Shown here: piece after piece, positions 44,405-53,889 of the stretch | How the letters are laid out: every line of letters starts with the position of its first letter | Position numbering within the stretch: the stretch's first letter is position 1 | Origin: Patescibacteria group bacterium | GTDB lineage: Bacteria > Patescibacteriota > Microgenomatia > UBA8517 | Length of the DNA stretch: 64,000 nt | NCBI GenBank assembly: GCA_035291665.1 | Contig: DATDRP010000006.1 | Coordinates: 9,786-73,785, forward strand | Direction: 5' to 3' | Notes under the pieces: model-generated | Told to the model about the DNA's origin: nothing | The model's input: only the letters and a program-made list of their open reading frames with translations | The model's database searches: none | Program-made: the position numbers and the translations under genes

Positions 44405-47400
44405 ATGTTAGAATTGGTGACGATGGATGGTGAGAAAAAATTAAACAAAGAACAACTTGAAGCAATAAAGTATAATCCGCCGGCCGGCGGTGGACCTCTT
44501 CTTATAATTGCAGGAGCAGGGACAGGAAAGACCACTGTTGTTACTGAACGAATAAAATACCTTATCCAAAAAAAGCTGGCAAAATCTTCGGAAATCTTAG
44601 CTCTCACCTTTACTGAAAAAGCAAGCGCCGAAATGCAGGAAAGGGTTGATGTTGCTCTCCCCTATGGATATATACAAATGTGGATTTCAACTTTCCATTC
44701 TTTTTGCGACCGGATACTTCGAAGAGAAGCTCTCCATATCGGACTTAATCCCGCATACAAATTGAATACCCAAGCCGAGTCAATAGCGTTTGTCAGAAAA
44801 AATTTATTTAACCCGCCTGCCGGACGGAATAGGTTTGAGCTTAATTATTTCCGCCCATTGGGGAATCCAAACAAATTTGTTGAAGGGATGTTAACCCATT
44901 TTTCAAGACTCCAAGATGAAGACATAAACCCAAGCGAATATCTCGCTTGGGTAAAAGCACAAAGTAAAAAGAGATCCCAAAAAAAGGTTCATGCCTCACA
45001 AGGCATGAAGTCTTTACGGGATGACTCAGCTGGTTTTGAAAGTTTACCATCTGAGTCAAAAGAGATTGAAAAATGGGAAGAGTTGGCAAATGCTTATAAG
45101 GTTTATGAGAAATTAAAAGCTGAAGAAGGCGTGATGGATTTTGGTGATTTGATTACCAATACATTGAAACTTTTTCGTTCCCGACCTAACGTTTTGGCGG
45201 AATACAAAAAGCAATTTAAATATATTCTTGTTGATGAGTTCCAGGATACTAATATTGCTCAATACGAACTTCTGAAACTTCTTGCTCCACCGTCAAAAAC
45301 CGCAAATCTCAATGTTGTGGGAGATGACTCACAATCAATTTACAAGTTCAGAGGTGCTGCAATTTCAAATATTTTATATTTTCAAAAGGACTATAAGAAT
45401 GCCAAAACTATAGTTCTTACGCAAAATTACCGTTCGACGCAAAAGATCCTTGATGCCTCATACAAGCTTATTCAATTTAATAACCCCGACACTCTGGAAG
45501 CGAGACTTGGGATCGATAAAAACTTAAAAAGCGCCAAAAAAAGTATAGGGGAAGATGTGATTTTTATTCATAAAGACAGGGTTGAAGACGAAGCGGAAGG
45601 CGTGGTGAGGGAAATTCAGAAGCTTACTACCCACAACCCACCACCCACAACTTATAACTATAAGGATGTTGCCATTCTTGTTCGGGCCAACAACCATTCT
45701 GATCCGTTTATTCGTGCGCTTCAAAGATATGGGATCCCCTATCAATTTTTGGGTCCGGGAAAGCTTTTCAAACAACCGGAGATAGTTGATCTTATTGCTT
45801 ACTTAAAAATTCTTTACGATTTTGAAGATAGTGTTTCGATGTATCGAATTTTATCAAATGATTATTTTGAGATAAGCGACCGGGATCTGATTAAATTAGC
45901 AAATTATGCAAGAAAGAAAAATATATCGCTTTTTGAAGCATCGGAACAGATTGCAGATGTCTATGTATCGGAAGCTTCAAAAGAGAAAATACAAGGACTT
46001 ATAGACCTTATTAGTAGAAGCCAGAAGCAAATTAAGAAATCGTCCGCCGGACAACTGCTTTACGATTTTTTAGAAAAAACCGGCATGCTGCAGGGGCTTT
46101 TGTTACCGGACGATGTCGAAGCGGATAAAAAGGCAAAAAATATTTCCAAGTTATTTGATAAGTTGAAAACCTATGAGGTTGAACACGAAGATGCATCCGT
46201 TAAGGCTATTGTTGATTGGATCGATCTTGCAAGTGAATTAGGGGAATCTCCTTTGGCAGCAGATTCCGATTGGACAGAAATTAATGCTGTCAACATCTTA
46301 ACCATTCATTCAGCAAAAGGTCTTGAGTTTCCGGTTGTTTTTTTGGTGAATCTTGTATCACAGAGATTCCCGACAATTGAAAGAAGAGAGCAGATCCCGA
46401 TTCCGGAAGGTTTGATAAAGGAATTTTTGCCGGTTGGAGATTACCATACCCAGGAAGAAAGGAGACTTTTTTATGTCGGGATGACGCGGGCAAAAGAAAA
46501 ACTGTATTTGACGGCCTCCAATTATTACGGGGAGGGAAAGCGTGAGAAAAAAATATCGCCTTTTGTTTTTGAAGCGCTTGGAGACAGCGTTCTGAAAAGC
46601 GAGCGGTCCAAAGATGATAGTCAGCAGCTAACTTTTTTGGACTACAAACCACAAGAATCAAGCTCACTACCCACTACCCACTACCCACAACCCATTCATA
46701 TCGACTATCTTTCATATTCTCAGATCGAAACTTTCCGTATTTGCCCCCTCCATTTCAAATTAAGTTATATTTACAGACTTCCAACTCCCCCCACCTCATC
46801 ACAAAGCTTCGGCAACACATTTCATCAAACTATGAAAAGTTTTTACGAAAAAATTAAAGAAGGAGCAAAACCTTCGAAGTCTTTGATGGAAAAAACTCTG
46901 ACTGAGCACTGGATTAATGAGGGCTATTTGAGTAAGTCTCACGAAAAAAAATCGTACGAAAAAGCCGTATCTTTCTTACATTTTTATCTTTCGAATTATT
47001 TCAATCCGAAAAATCTTCCGGAAGCCCTGGAACAGCCGTTCTTGATACAGCTTAAAGACCAATTCGAAGGTAAATATCAATTCATAAAAATTGGCGGCAA
47101 AATCGACAGGGTAAATGTTGCTGGCGATTCATTGGAAATAATTGATTATAAAACGGGCGCAAATCCAATTACTCAAAAAGAAGCCGATACGAATTTACAG
47201 CTTTCAATCTATGCTCTTGCTGCGTCACAAATTCCGGAACTTCCTTTCGGAAAGAACCCGAAAGATGTAAAACTATCGTTAATGTATTTTGATACTCCGC
47301 AGATTGTGTCAACAACAAGATCAAGTGCTCAGTTACAGGATGCAATCAGGCAGATCTTTAGTTACAAAAAGCAGATCGAAGAGTCCGATTTCAAATGCTC

Positions 47401-47458
47401 AGGAAACATTCTTTGCGGGAACTGCGAATACAAACTCTTCTGTAAAACCGATGAGTGA
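44405..47458 (+). CDS. UvrD/PcrA-type SF1 helicase fused to a C-terminal PD-(D/E)XK nuclease with a Cys cluster (Cas4/AddB-like)
   Basis: Helicase motifs: GAGTGKT (I), LVDEFQDTN (II), GDDSQSIYKFRGA (III), TIHSAKGLEFPVVFLV (V/VI). C-terminus: ETFRICPLHF..., GKIDRVNVAGDSLEIIDYKTG (D...E.K core) and CSGNILCGNCEYKLFC (Fe-S type Cys cluster). Confidence 0.8.
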   Translation: MLELVTMDGEKKLNKEQLEAIKYNPPAGGGPLLIIAGAGTGKTTVVTERIKYLIQKKLAKSSEILALTFTEKASAEMQERVDVALPYGYIQMWISTFHSFCDRILRREALHIGLNPAYKLNTQAESIAFVRKNLFNPPAGRNRFELNYFRPLGNPNKFVEGMLTHFSRLQDEDINPSEYLAWVKAQSKKRSQKKVHASQGMKSLRDDSAGFESLPSESKEIEKWEELANAYKVYEKLKAEEGVMDFGDLITNTLKLFRSRPNVLAEYKKQFKYILVDEFQDTNIAQYELLKLLAPPSKTANLNVVGDDSQSIYKFRGAAISNILYFQKDYKNAKTIVLTQNYRSTQKILDASYKLIQFNNPDTLEARLGIDKNLKSAKKSIGEDVIFIHKDRVEDEAEGVVREIQKLTTHNPPPTTYNYKDVAILVRANNHSDPFIRALQRYGIPYQFLGPGKLFKQPEIVDLIAYLKILYDFEDSVSMYRILSNDYFEISDRDLIKLANYARKKNISLFEASEQIADVYVSEASKEKIQGLIDLISRSQKQIKKSSAGQLLYDFLEKTGMLQGLLLPDDVEADKKAKNISKLFDKLKTYEVEHEDASVKAIVDWIDLASELGESPLAADSDWTEINAVNILTIHSAKGLEFPVVFLVNLVSQRFPTIERREQIPIPEGLIKEFLPVGDYHTQEERRLFYVGMTRAKEKLYLTASNYYGEGKREKKISPFVFEALGDSVLKSERSKDDSQQLTFLDYKPQESSSLPTTHYPQPIHIDYLSYSQIETFRICPLHFKLSYIYRLPTPPTSSQSFGNTFHQTMKSFYEKIKEGAKPSKSLMEKTLTEHWINEGYLSKSHEKKSYEKAVSFLHFYLSNYFNPKNLPEALEQPFLIQLKDQFEGKYQFIKIGGKIDRVNVAGDSLEIIDYKTGANPITQKEADTNLQLSIYALAASQIPELPFGKNPKDVKLSLMYFDTPQIVSTTRSSAQLQDAIRQIFSYKKQIEESDFKCSGNILCGNCEYKLFCKTDE

Positions 47459-47473
47459 TTTTGTAACTATGAA

Positions 47474-48007
47474 TTAAGGAGTAGGAGTCGGTGTGGGAAT
47501 ATTGTACCAATCACCGGGATCTATATTTTCAGCTGTTTGGCCGGAAGAAACCGAAACAACGATTGGTTCATGAGACTTGCAGGTAGCTTTTAGTCCGCAA
47601 GTTACAAATTCGGAAAAGTATGCTTTGTAGGAATCTCCCGGTCTTTTGGAAAAAACAAGATAACTGCCGACCGGAACTTCGAGCTTGTAACCAACCCGGT
47701 AAGTATATTCCGGTGAGTTTATTCTTTCCTGCGTACAATATTCGTTTTCGGTTAAGGCATTTTGAGCACACACTTCCACGTCCTCGGGAATTACTTCTGA
47801 AGGAAAACTCATTGATCCGGTTATAAAACCCGTAGTTGGGGAAATGCTTTGTGTCGGTGTCGCTTTAACGCCTTCGGTTGGCGTTACTTCGGATGTATCA
47901 ATTACTTCGGAAACGCTCCTTTTGGAATTTTTACCAAGCAAGTATGCACCAATCCCGGTTCCGATCATTATCAGTACTAACAAGATGACAACAAGAAACT
48001 TTTTCAT
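47474..48007 (-). CDS. secreted/anchored Pro-Thr-rich protein, hypothetical
   Basis: An N-terminal signal anchor MKKFLVVILLVLIMIGTGIGAYLL, a PT-rich linker, and the C-terminus ...NIPTPTPTP. Confidence 0.4.
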   Translation of the reverse strand: MKKFLVVILLVLIMIGTGIGAYLLGKNSKRSVSEVIDTSEVTPTEGVKATPTQSISPTTGFITGSMSFPSEVIPEDVEVCAQNALTENEYCTQERINSPEYTYRVGYKLEVPVGSYLVFSKRPGDSYKAYFSEFVTCGLKATCKSHEPIVVSVSSGQTAENIDPGDWYNIPTPTPTP

Positions 48008-48112
48008 TTTCGTATTAACTATTTACATTAATTAGTGGCGGCTTGTCAAATATTTTTCTTTGCGACGAATATTGAAAGAATATATTTGTAATCAATGAAG
48101 ACCTCTAATTTT

Positions 48113-49177
48113 TTAAAATTTAGATTTAGAGAAGCTGAGTTTTGTTATTCCGCGAAGGATTATCCAACGGAGCTTTTCGGCAGAACGGTAAATTTTATAG
48201 ATTGGTTTATTTACAACAAAATCCCAAGTCCCTAAAAATTCTATAACTTGGGGATTATAGCCTTCTTTGAATTTTGTGAAACCCTTGCCCTCTTCCCTTC
48301 CCCATAGGTCAAAGATATTCAGTTTTAGATTTCGTCCCAAGCGGATTGCCTCCCACATTATCAGGTTATTTGCCATAAGAGATTTGAATTTGGGATTGGA
48401 AGTACTTGCACCGTATGGGTAATAAAGGAAATCTTTGTAAACAAACAGTATCCATGTGGTGATTATTTCACCTTTATATACGGCTTTTATGAGCCTTGCT
48501 ATCGGCTTTTCTCTTTTTTCTATTTTCTTTTCTCTAAGTTCTTTCCACATCAAACGGTGGTATTTTTCAGTGTGGGCAAAAAAACCCTGACGTTCAACGG
48601 TTTCCCGGGTTAATTCAAGATATTTTTCAAATGCTTCATCGGAGTTATCCTCGGAAACTTTAACTCCTTTTTTCTGTGCAAGCCGGATATTATATCTGGT
48701 TTTACCGGAGAAACTTTTTAGAAGTTCCTCTTCCGATTTGGCTAAATCAATCCAAAAAGTGGTGGGTGTAAAAAGTGTCTTTCCCCGTACACATCCGTTT
48801 TTCTCCAGGAGTTTGATTAATTTACTTTTTTGCTTACTGCTTACAGCATACTGCATACCGCTGTCGCTGAAAGCGATATTAGGTTCGAGTTTGATAAAAA
48901 TAAGATTATATATTGTGGCAATTTTCTTAAGTTCATCGAGCATTTCTTGGCTGGGCACTGGTCCTTTGATGAACATTCCGATTTTATTTGGAAATGGCCA
49001 CCGGCTCGCCAGAGCCTTTGGCTCGGGGAGAATTTTATGAAGGGTGAGATAGCCGAATTTGGTTTTTACAACTTCATTACCCCATGCTTTTCTAAAACTT
49101 GCCCATTCTGGTGATTGAAGAGGATGGGGAATGCCCAAAGCTTTTTTAGGTGTATTCATGAATATATAATACAACAA
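48113..49177 (-). CDS. FemAB-family aminoacyltransferase (peptidoglycan interpeptide bridge formation, FemX-like)
   Basis: N-terminal HPLQSPEWASFRKAWG (compare FLQSWEWG of FemX), two GNAT-like halves, ...MWEAIRLGRNLKLNIFDLWG. Confidence 0.65.
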   Translation of the reverse strand: MLYYIFMNTPKKALGIPHPLQSPEWASFRKAWGNEVVKTKFGYLTLHKILPEPKALASRWPFPNKIGMFIKGPVPSQEMLDELKKIATIYNLIFIKLEPNIAFSDSGMQYAVSSKQKSKLIKLLEKNGCVRGKTLFTPTTFWIDLAKSEEELLKSFSGKTRYNIRLAQKKGVKVSEDNSDEAFEKYLELTRETVERQGFFAHTEKYHRLMWKELREKKIEKREKPIARLIKAVYKGEIITTWILFVYKDFLYYPYGASTSNPKFKSLMANNLIMWEAIRLGRNLKLNIFDLWGREEGKGFTKFKEGYNPQVIEFLGTWDFVVNKPIYKIYRSAEKLRWIILRGITKLSFSKSKF

Positions 49178-49186
49178 CAGAGGCTG

Positions 49187-51157
49187 TCAGAAGTTCAGAT
49201 CATTAAAACCGTCGTCATCCAGAATGTTTTTATCCAAAAAATCCTCATCCTCATTGTCACCATCAGAATAAGAATTCAAATATCCATTAATTGATTCCAG
49301 CAGTTCCTCCGGGATATCGATGATAAATCGGCTTGGAGGATTTGATGATTTTTGTCCGAAATACAGCCTTTTTCCGGCGTAGGTCAGATACAAAAGCTCT
49401 TTTGCCCGGGTGATTCCGACGTAGCAAAGCCTTCGTTCTTCTTCAAGCTGGGTGATGTCGAACAAAGACCGGGAATGGGGAAAAAGTCCTTCTTCCATTC
49501 CGATGATAAACACGATCTTAAATTCCAATCCCTTAGCAGCATGAAGAGTCATTAGGGTTACTTTATTATTGGGCGGTGGGTTGTTTAAGGATTGTGGCTT
49601 ACCGTTTTCATCCTGCTTGCCCCCCTTGATATTATCGAAGGTGGGTCCGGCTTCAACTAAGGCAACATTTTCCAAAAATTCATTTATTTCCGGAAACTCC
49701 ATAGCAACAGAACGAAGTTCCTTGATGTTCTCCAGCCGGGCAAGATTCTCTTCCGTCTCGTTTTCGTATTTTTGCAAGTAATTCACTTTTTGCAAAACCG
49801 AGTCCATCATCTCGAGAGTCGTTGTTGAGTCAAGAAAATTCTTAGGAAGACTTTCCGAAAATTCCTTAAACTTTTCCAGTCTTCGGATTCCGAGTTTGAG
49901 GAGTCTGTTTTTTGAAACTTTGTCTTTCGGATTAACAAGTAGCCTAAGATATGCAAGGACGTCCTTAATTTCAGCTCTGGAGTAAAATCTTACCCCCCCC
50001 ACCAAAACGTACGGAATTCCGGCGTGAAGGAGTGCTTCTTCTACAACACGGGATTGAGCGTTAGTGCGGTATAAGACAGCCACATCGCTGTAGTCAACAG
50101 TATTTTGACTACGATCTACGGCAGTAGTCTGTAGACTGTTAGCTGTAAGCTGTTCTATTTGTTCAACTACATAATTTGCCTCATCGAGTTCACTTGATGC
50201 CCTGTAAATCCGGATCTTGTTGCCATAACCTTTGTCAGTCCAAAGTGATAGTACCGGGTGCGAAGTGTTTTTTTTGATGACGGCATTCGCAGCGTCAAGT
50301 ATAGTTTGGGTTGAACGGTAGTTTTGTTCAAGATTAATAACTTTGATTTTGGGGAAATCCTTCATCAGGTAATTAATATTCCGGTAATCAGCACCTCTCC
50401 AGCTATAAATTGATTGTGACGCGTCGCCAACAGCGGTCAGATTATCCCTTCCTCCAACAAGAAGCTTGGTCAAGAGGTATTGAATTTTGTTTGTATCCTG
50501 CCACTCATCAACAAAAATATAGGAAAGAATATTCTGCCATTTACGAAGAGTTGGCTCGTCCGATTCCAAAAGTCTTACTCCCTTTAGAAGAAGATCGTCA
50601 AAATCCAGAGCATTGGCATCATTGAGGGCTTTTTCGTATTCCAAATAAATTTTGAAAATCTTATCTGCATGCTCTCCTTTGGCAACTTCTGAATACTGGA
50701 GGGGGCTCATCATCATGGTTTTAGCATCCGATATTTGTGATGCAATTGCTCCGGGGGAAAAATATTCCTTGGGAAGGTTCAGTTCATCAAGGATGTCTTT
50801 TATAACATCTTTTTGGTCCGTGTCGTCGTAGATTAAGAAATCTCTCCCGATTCCGATTTTTGCTCCGTCAATTCGAAGGAGCCTTGCACAGAAAGAGTGG
50901 AAAGTACCGGCAAATGTCGGGCTTTCGGATATCAGTTTCGTGACGCGCTCTTTCATTTCACCTGCAGCTTTGTTTGTGAATGTCAGAAGAAGTACGTTTT
51001 CCGGGCGGGCTTTCTTTTGAGCTATTGTATAGGCAACTTTGTGGGTGAGAACTTTTGTTTTTCCCGATCCGGCTCCAGCCAGTACCAGAAGAGAACCACC
51101 CTCATATGTGACTGCTTCTTTTTGGTCTTTGTTCAGATCTTTTAGAATGTCCGTCAT
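49187..51157 (-). CDS. ATP-dependent DNA helicase UvrD/PcrA family
   Basis: LNKDQKEAVTYEGGSLLVLAGAGSGKTKVLTHKVAY, FVDEWQDTN, GDASQSIYSWRGA, LMTLHAAKGLEFKIVFIIG, VGITRAKELLYLT. Confidence 0.85.
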   Translation of the reverse strand: MTDILKDLNKDQKEAVTYEGGSLLVLAGAGSGKTKVLTHKVAYTIAQKKARPENVLLLTFTNKAAGEMKERVTKLISESPTFAGTFHSFCARLLRIDGAKIGIGRDFLIYDDTDQKDVIKDILDELNLPKEYFSPGAIASQISDAKTMMMSPLQYSEVAKGEHADKIFKIYLEYEKALNDANALDFDDLLLKGVRLLESDEPTLRKWQNILSYIFVDEWQDTNKIQYLLTKLLVGGRDNLTAVGDASQSIYSWRGADYRNINYLMKDFPKIKVINLEQNYRSTQTILDAANAVIKKNTSHPVLSLWTDKGYGNKIRIYRASSELDEANYVVEQIEQLTANSLQTTAVDRSQNTVDYSDVAVLYRTNAQSRVVEEALLHAGIPYVLVGGVRFYSRAEIKDVLAYLRLLVNPKDKVSKNRLLKLGIRRLEKFKEFSESLPKNFLDSTTTLEMMDSVLQKVNYLQKYENETEENLARLENIKELRSVAMEFPEINEFLENVALVEAGPTFDNIKGGKQDENGKPQSLNNPPPNNKVTLMTLHAAKGLEFKIVFIIGMEEGLFPHSRSLFDITQLEEERRLCYVGITRAKELLYLTYAGKRLYFGQKSSNPPSRFIIDIPEELLESINGYLNSYSDGDNEDEDFLDKNILDDDGFNDLNF

Positions 51158-51286
51158 AATTGATCGTGAAATATGCGTACGAAAATCATTTTAGGACAAT
51201 AGGCAATCAATTACTAGCGAAGTAAAATTGGGGATAAAGTCAGGATGAAAATTCGTAATTATAACCAAAACGGCAGGAATGAAGAG

Positions 51287-53314
51287 TTAGCGTACTTTGT
51301 ACACCTTCGTTTGGTTTGATTCAAATTCCAAAGTTGCAATCGGCAGGAACTTTTGTTCATCCAGATTCGGGAATTTTTCTCTTTCGAAAGATCCAACAAT
51401 AACATACCCGACCTTATATTTTTTCAGAAGTGCTTGGGCAATCTTCGGATCATTTGTTGTATAGATGAGAGTGATATCTCCGACTCTTTTTTGAGGGAAC
51501 TCGGAAGACCCCCGCCATAGCCATTCGTGGACAAACCATCCGGAAATTGTCGGATTTCCAGTATATGAAGAAATAACATTATAGTCCGTATAGCTGTCGC
51601 CCGGCGCTTCCAGGATATTTGCTTTGATATTATTATTTTTGAAATAATTTACGGCGTCATATACCCCGGGAAATTGATTTTTCAGCCAAAGGGTTCCGTC
51701 CAATCCCTGGTAGAATTTCAGACCGTTATAGTATGACTTTATTGCGACTTGTGCGTATGAAACGATTGAATAAAGAACGATAACCCAAAAGATTAGAAAA
51801 AACTTTTTTATGTATGATTCTTTCGCCAAAGATAGTTGTCTGGCAATAATAAATCCTGCTGATAGGTAAAACATAACATACGCCTGATAAGTAAGCTTAA
51901 ACATCGTATTGGCACGGTAATGGGTGGCGGCGTAAATATCTTTTAGATAAATTATTTCCGGAAGGGCAATCAGAGTCCACGATGAGAGCAGCAAACCCAA
52001 AATAAATATATCTGTTACGGTTACTTTTTCCCGCAGCTTCAAAATAACAGTTACGAAAATTGTTGTGAGAATTGCAGGAAAACCCCAAAGAATGATTAAT
52101 TGCCAGAAGGGAGTATGGGAATGGACAAGATTAATCCCCTGAGCAATCGATTCAAAATTAATGATAAAAAGGAGTGCGCTGAAAAATAGTATTGAACCGA
52201 TAATTACAAAATCCCTTATTATAAAAAATACAGCTTTAAGTTTAAATTTATTTTTAATGAAATGGATCAGCATCAGGACAAATCCTGTTGTTAACAAATA
52301 GTTACCCACATCCCAAGTACTGGTCATAAACATTATCCCGAGTAAGAATCCCAGACAGGCAAGTTTTTTGAAGTGATTCTTCCTGTTAAGGATTTGATCT
52401 GCAACCAAAAACAAAATTGATAGATACAAAAGTACGTTAGGTAAGTTCATTAAATGTCCGTGAAGGTCTGAAACGACAAATGAATAAATAGGAAACTCAT
52501 GGATTGTTTTATCGTTGGTGTCGGGATTATACCCTATGAATCGCGTTGCATCCGGGTACCAATATTTATCAGCACCGTTTTTCAAAACATAAAAAGGTGT
52601 ATGGAAATTTCCGGCAAAAGTCACAAGAATGGCAGACAGCAGTCCTGCAACAATAAACGTTCGTGTTCTTCCGGCGGGTAGAGAAAATTTAGTAATTGTT
52701 GAAACGAGTGAGAAAACTCCCGAAAGGGAAAGACCCATGATGGTTGCAAGCATCAGGTTGTATGTAATGGCCGAAGGGATTTGCGTAAGCATGGTAAGAA
52801 GTGCAGTGGTGAAATGTCCGAACCAGTAATAATTAATAACCTCTCCGACTGCCCACATATCCGTAGGTGGAAGGAATTTTGTCGTTAACGCAGAGTTAAC
52901 AAATCCGAAATCCATGAACTTTTCCAAACCTCTTATATCCGGTTGATGGGCGCGGACGTATGCCAAAAAAAACAATCCGGCAGTAAAAAGCGCTTCACTA
53001 ATTAACACATATTTTGAGGATTTTCGAACTGTTTTAATTAATTGTTTTTGGTCCTTGGTAAGTATGTAAAGATTTAAAGCTATTGCAACAACCAAAAAAC
53101 CCAAAAGTGAAACTCTTGAAAAACTTAAGACCTTCAATGTCGAAGTTACAAATGTCAGATATGAAAGAAAAAGTATAGAAACCGTTCTTGAAAAAGCCCA
53201 TCCGTAATCCGTAAATTTCTTAAATATCCGGTATGTCAGAGGAAAAAAAATAAGACCAATAATAAGGGTGTATAACCACCAATTAAATGTAATAATAAGG
53301 TCTTGTATGTACAT
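51287..53314 (-). CDS. large polytopic membrane protein (675 aa) with a C-terminal extracytoplasmic domain; possible GT-C/DUF2298-like glycosyltransferase
   Basis: More than 14 TM helices with no catalytic motif recognised. The C-terminal soluble region is about 150 aa. Confidence 0.35.
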   Translation of the reverse strand: MYIQDLIITFNWWLYTLIIGLIFFPLTYRIFKKFTDYGWAFSRTVSILFLSYLTFVTSTLKVLSFSRVSLLGFLVVAIALNLYILTKDQKQLIKTVRKSSKYVLISEALFTAGLFFLAYVRAHQPDIRGLEKFMDFGFVNSALTTKFLPPTDMWAVGEVINYYWFGHFTTALLTMLTQIPSAITYNLMLATIMGLSLSGVFSLVSTITKFSLPAGRTRTFIVAGLLSAILVTFAGNFHTPFYVLKNGADKYWYPDATRFIGYNPDTNDKTIHEFPIYSFVVSDLHGHLMNLPNVLLYLSILFLVADQILNRKNHFKKLACLGFLLGIMFMTSTWDVGNYLLTTGFVLMLIHFIKNKFKLKAVFFIIRDFVIIGSILFFSALLFIINFESIAQGINLVHSHTPFWQLIILWGFPAILTTIFVTVILKLREKVTVTDIFILGLLLSSWTLIALPEIIYLKDIYAATHYRANTMFKLTYQAYVMFYLSAGFIIARQLSLAKESYIKKFFLIFWVIVLYSIVSYAQVAIKSYYNGLKFYQGLDGTLWLKNQFPGVYDAVNYFKNNNIKANILEAPGDSYTDYNVISSYTGNPTISGWFVHEWLWRGSSEFPQKRVGDITLIYTTNDPKIAQALLKKYKVGYVIVGSFEREKFPNLDEQKFLPIATLEFESNQTKVYKVR

Positions 53315-53373
53315 AAACGATACTTGTCTTTAAAATTATTCAATTTGTCAAGAGATTTTACAAGTATATAACT

Positions 53374-53889
53374 ATGAAGGCAGAAAAAATCAAAATTGGA
53401 TTTGACCTTGACGGTGTGATCATAGGGAAGCCGTTTTTCATTCCCGTCGAGCTGATGGAGGTCTTAGTCAGAGATAAAAAAAAGCGGGGACTTTCATACC
53501 GCTTTCCTGAATCACGACTGGAAATTGCAATAAGAATTCTTAGTCACGATCCCTTTTTCCGCCCCCCAATACAAAAGAATATTAAGCTGATTAAAGAACT
53601 CTATAAATCAAAAAACTATGAAATATTTGTTGTTTCAAGCAGGTATTCGTTTCTATTAAACCGCACAAAGCAGTGGTTCCGATACTATAAACTGCATAAA
53701 TTTTTCAAAGAAATCCATATTAATTTAGAGAATCAGCAGCCGCATATTTTCAAAGAAAAGATGATTAATAATCTTAAACTCAATGTCTTTATAGATGACG
53801 ACAAAATGCTTCTGGAGTATTTAAAAAAGCGTCTTCACGGTGTTGACCTTTTATATGTATCTGACAACAATTTCCAAGTTAGAAGATGA
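53374..53889 (+). CDS. HAD-superfamily hydrolase-like protein
   Basis: Motif I DxDGV at the N-terminus (IGFDLDGVIIGKP), and the C-terminal ...VFIDDDKMLLEY resembles HAD motif IV. Confidence 0.45.
   Translation: MKAEKIKIGFDLDGVIIGKPFFIPVELMEVLVRDKKKRGLSYRFPESRLEIAIRILSHDPFFRPPIQKNIKLIKELYKSKNYEIFVVSSRYSFLLNRTKQWFRYYKLHKFFKEIHINLENQQPHIFKEKMINNLKLNVFIDDDKMLLEYLKKRLHGVDLLYVSDNNFQVRR

Noticed and set aside
50090-50165. Short repetitive DNA (gtagtctgtagactgttagctgtaagctg) that superficially looks like a repeat array
   Set aside because: It lies inside the intact UvrD/PcrA reading frame (encodes ...LQTTAVDRSQNTVDYSD...). There is no spacer-repeat periodicity, so it is not CRISPR.
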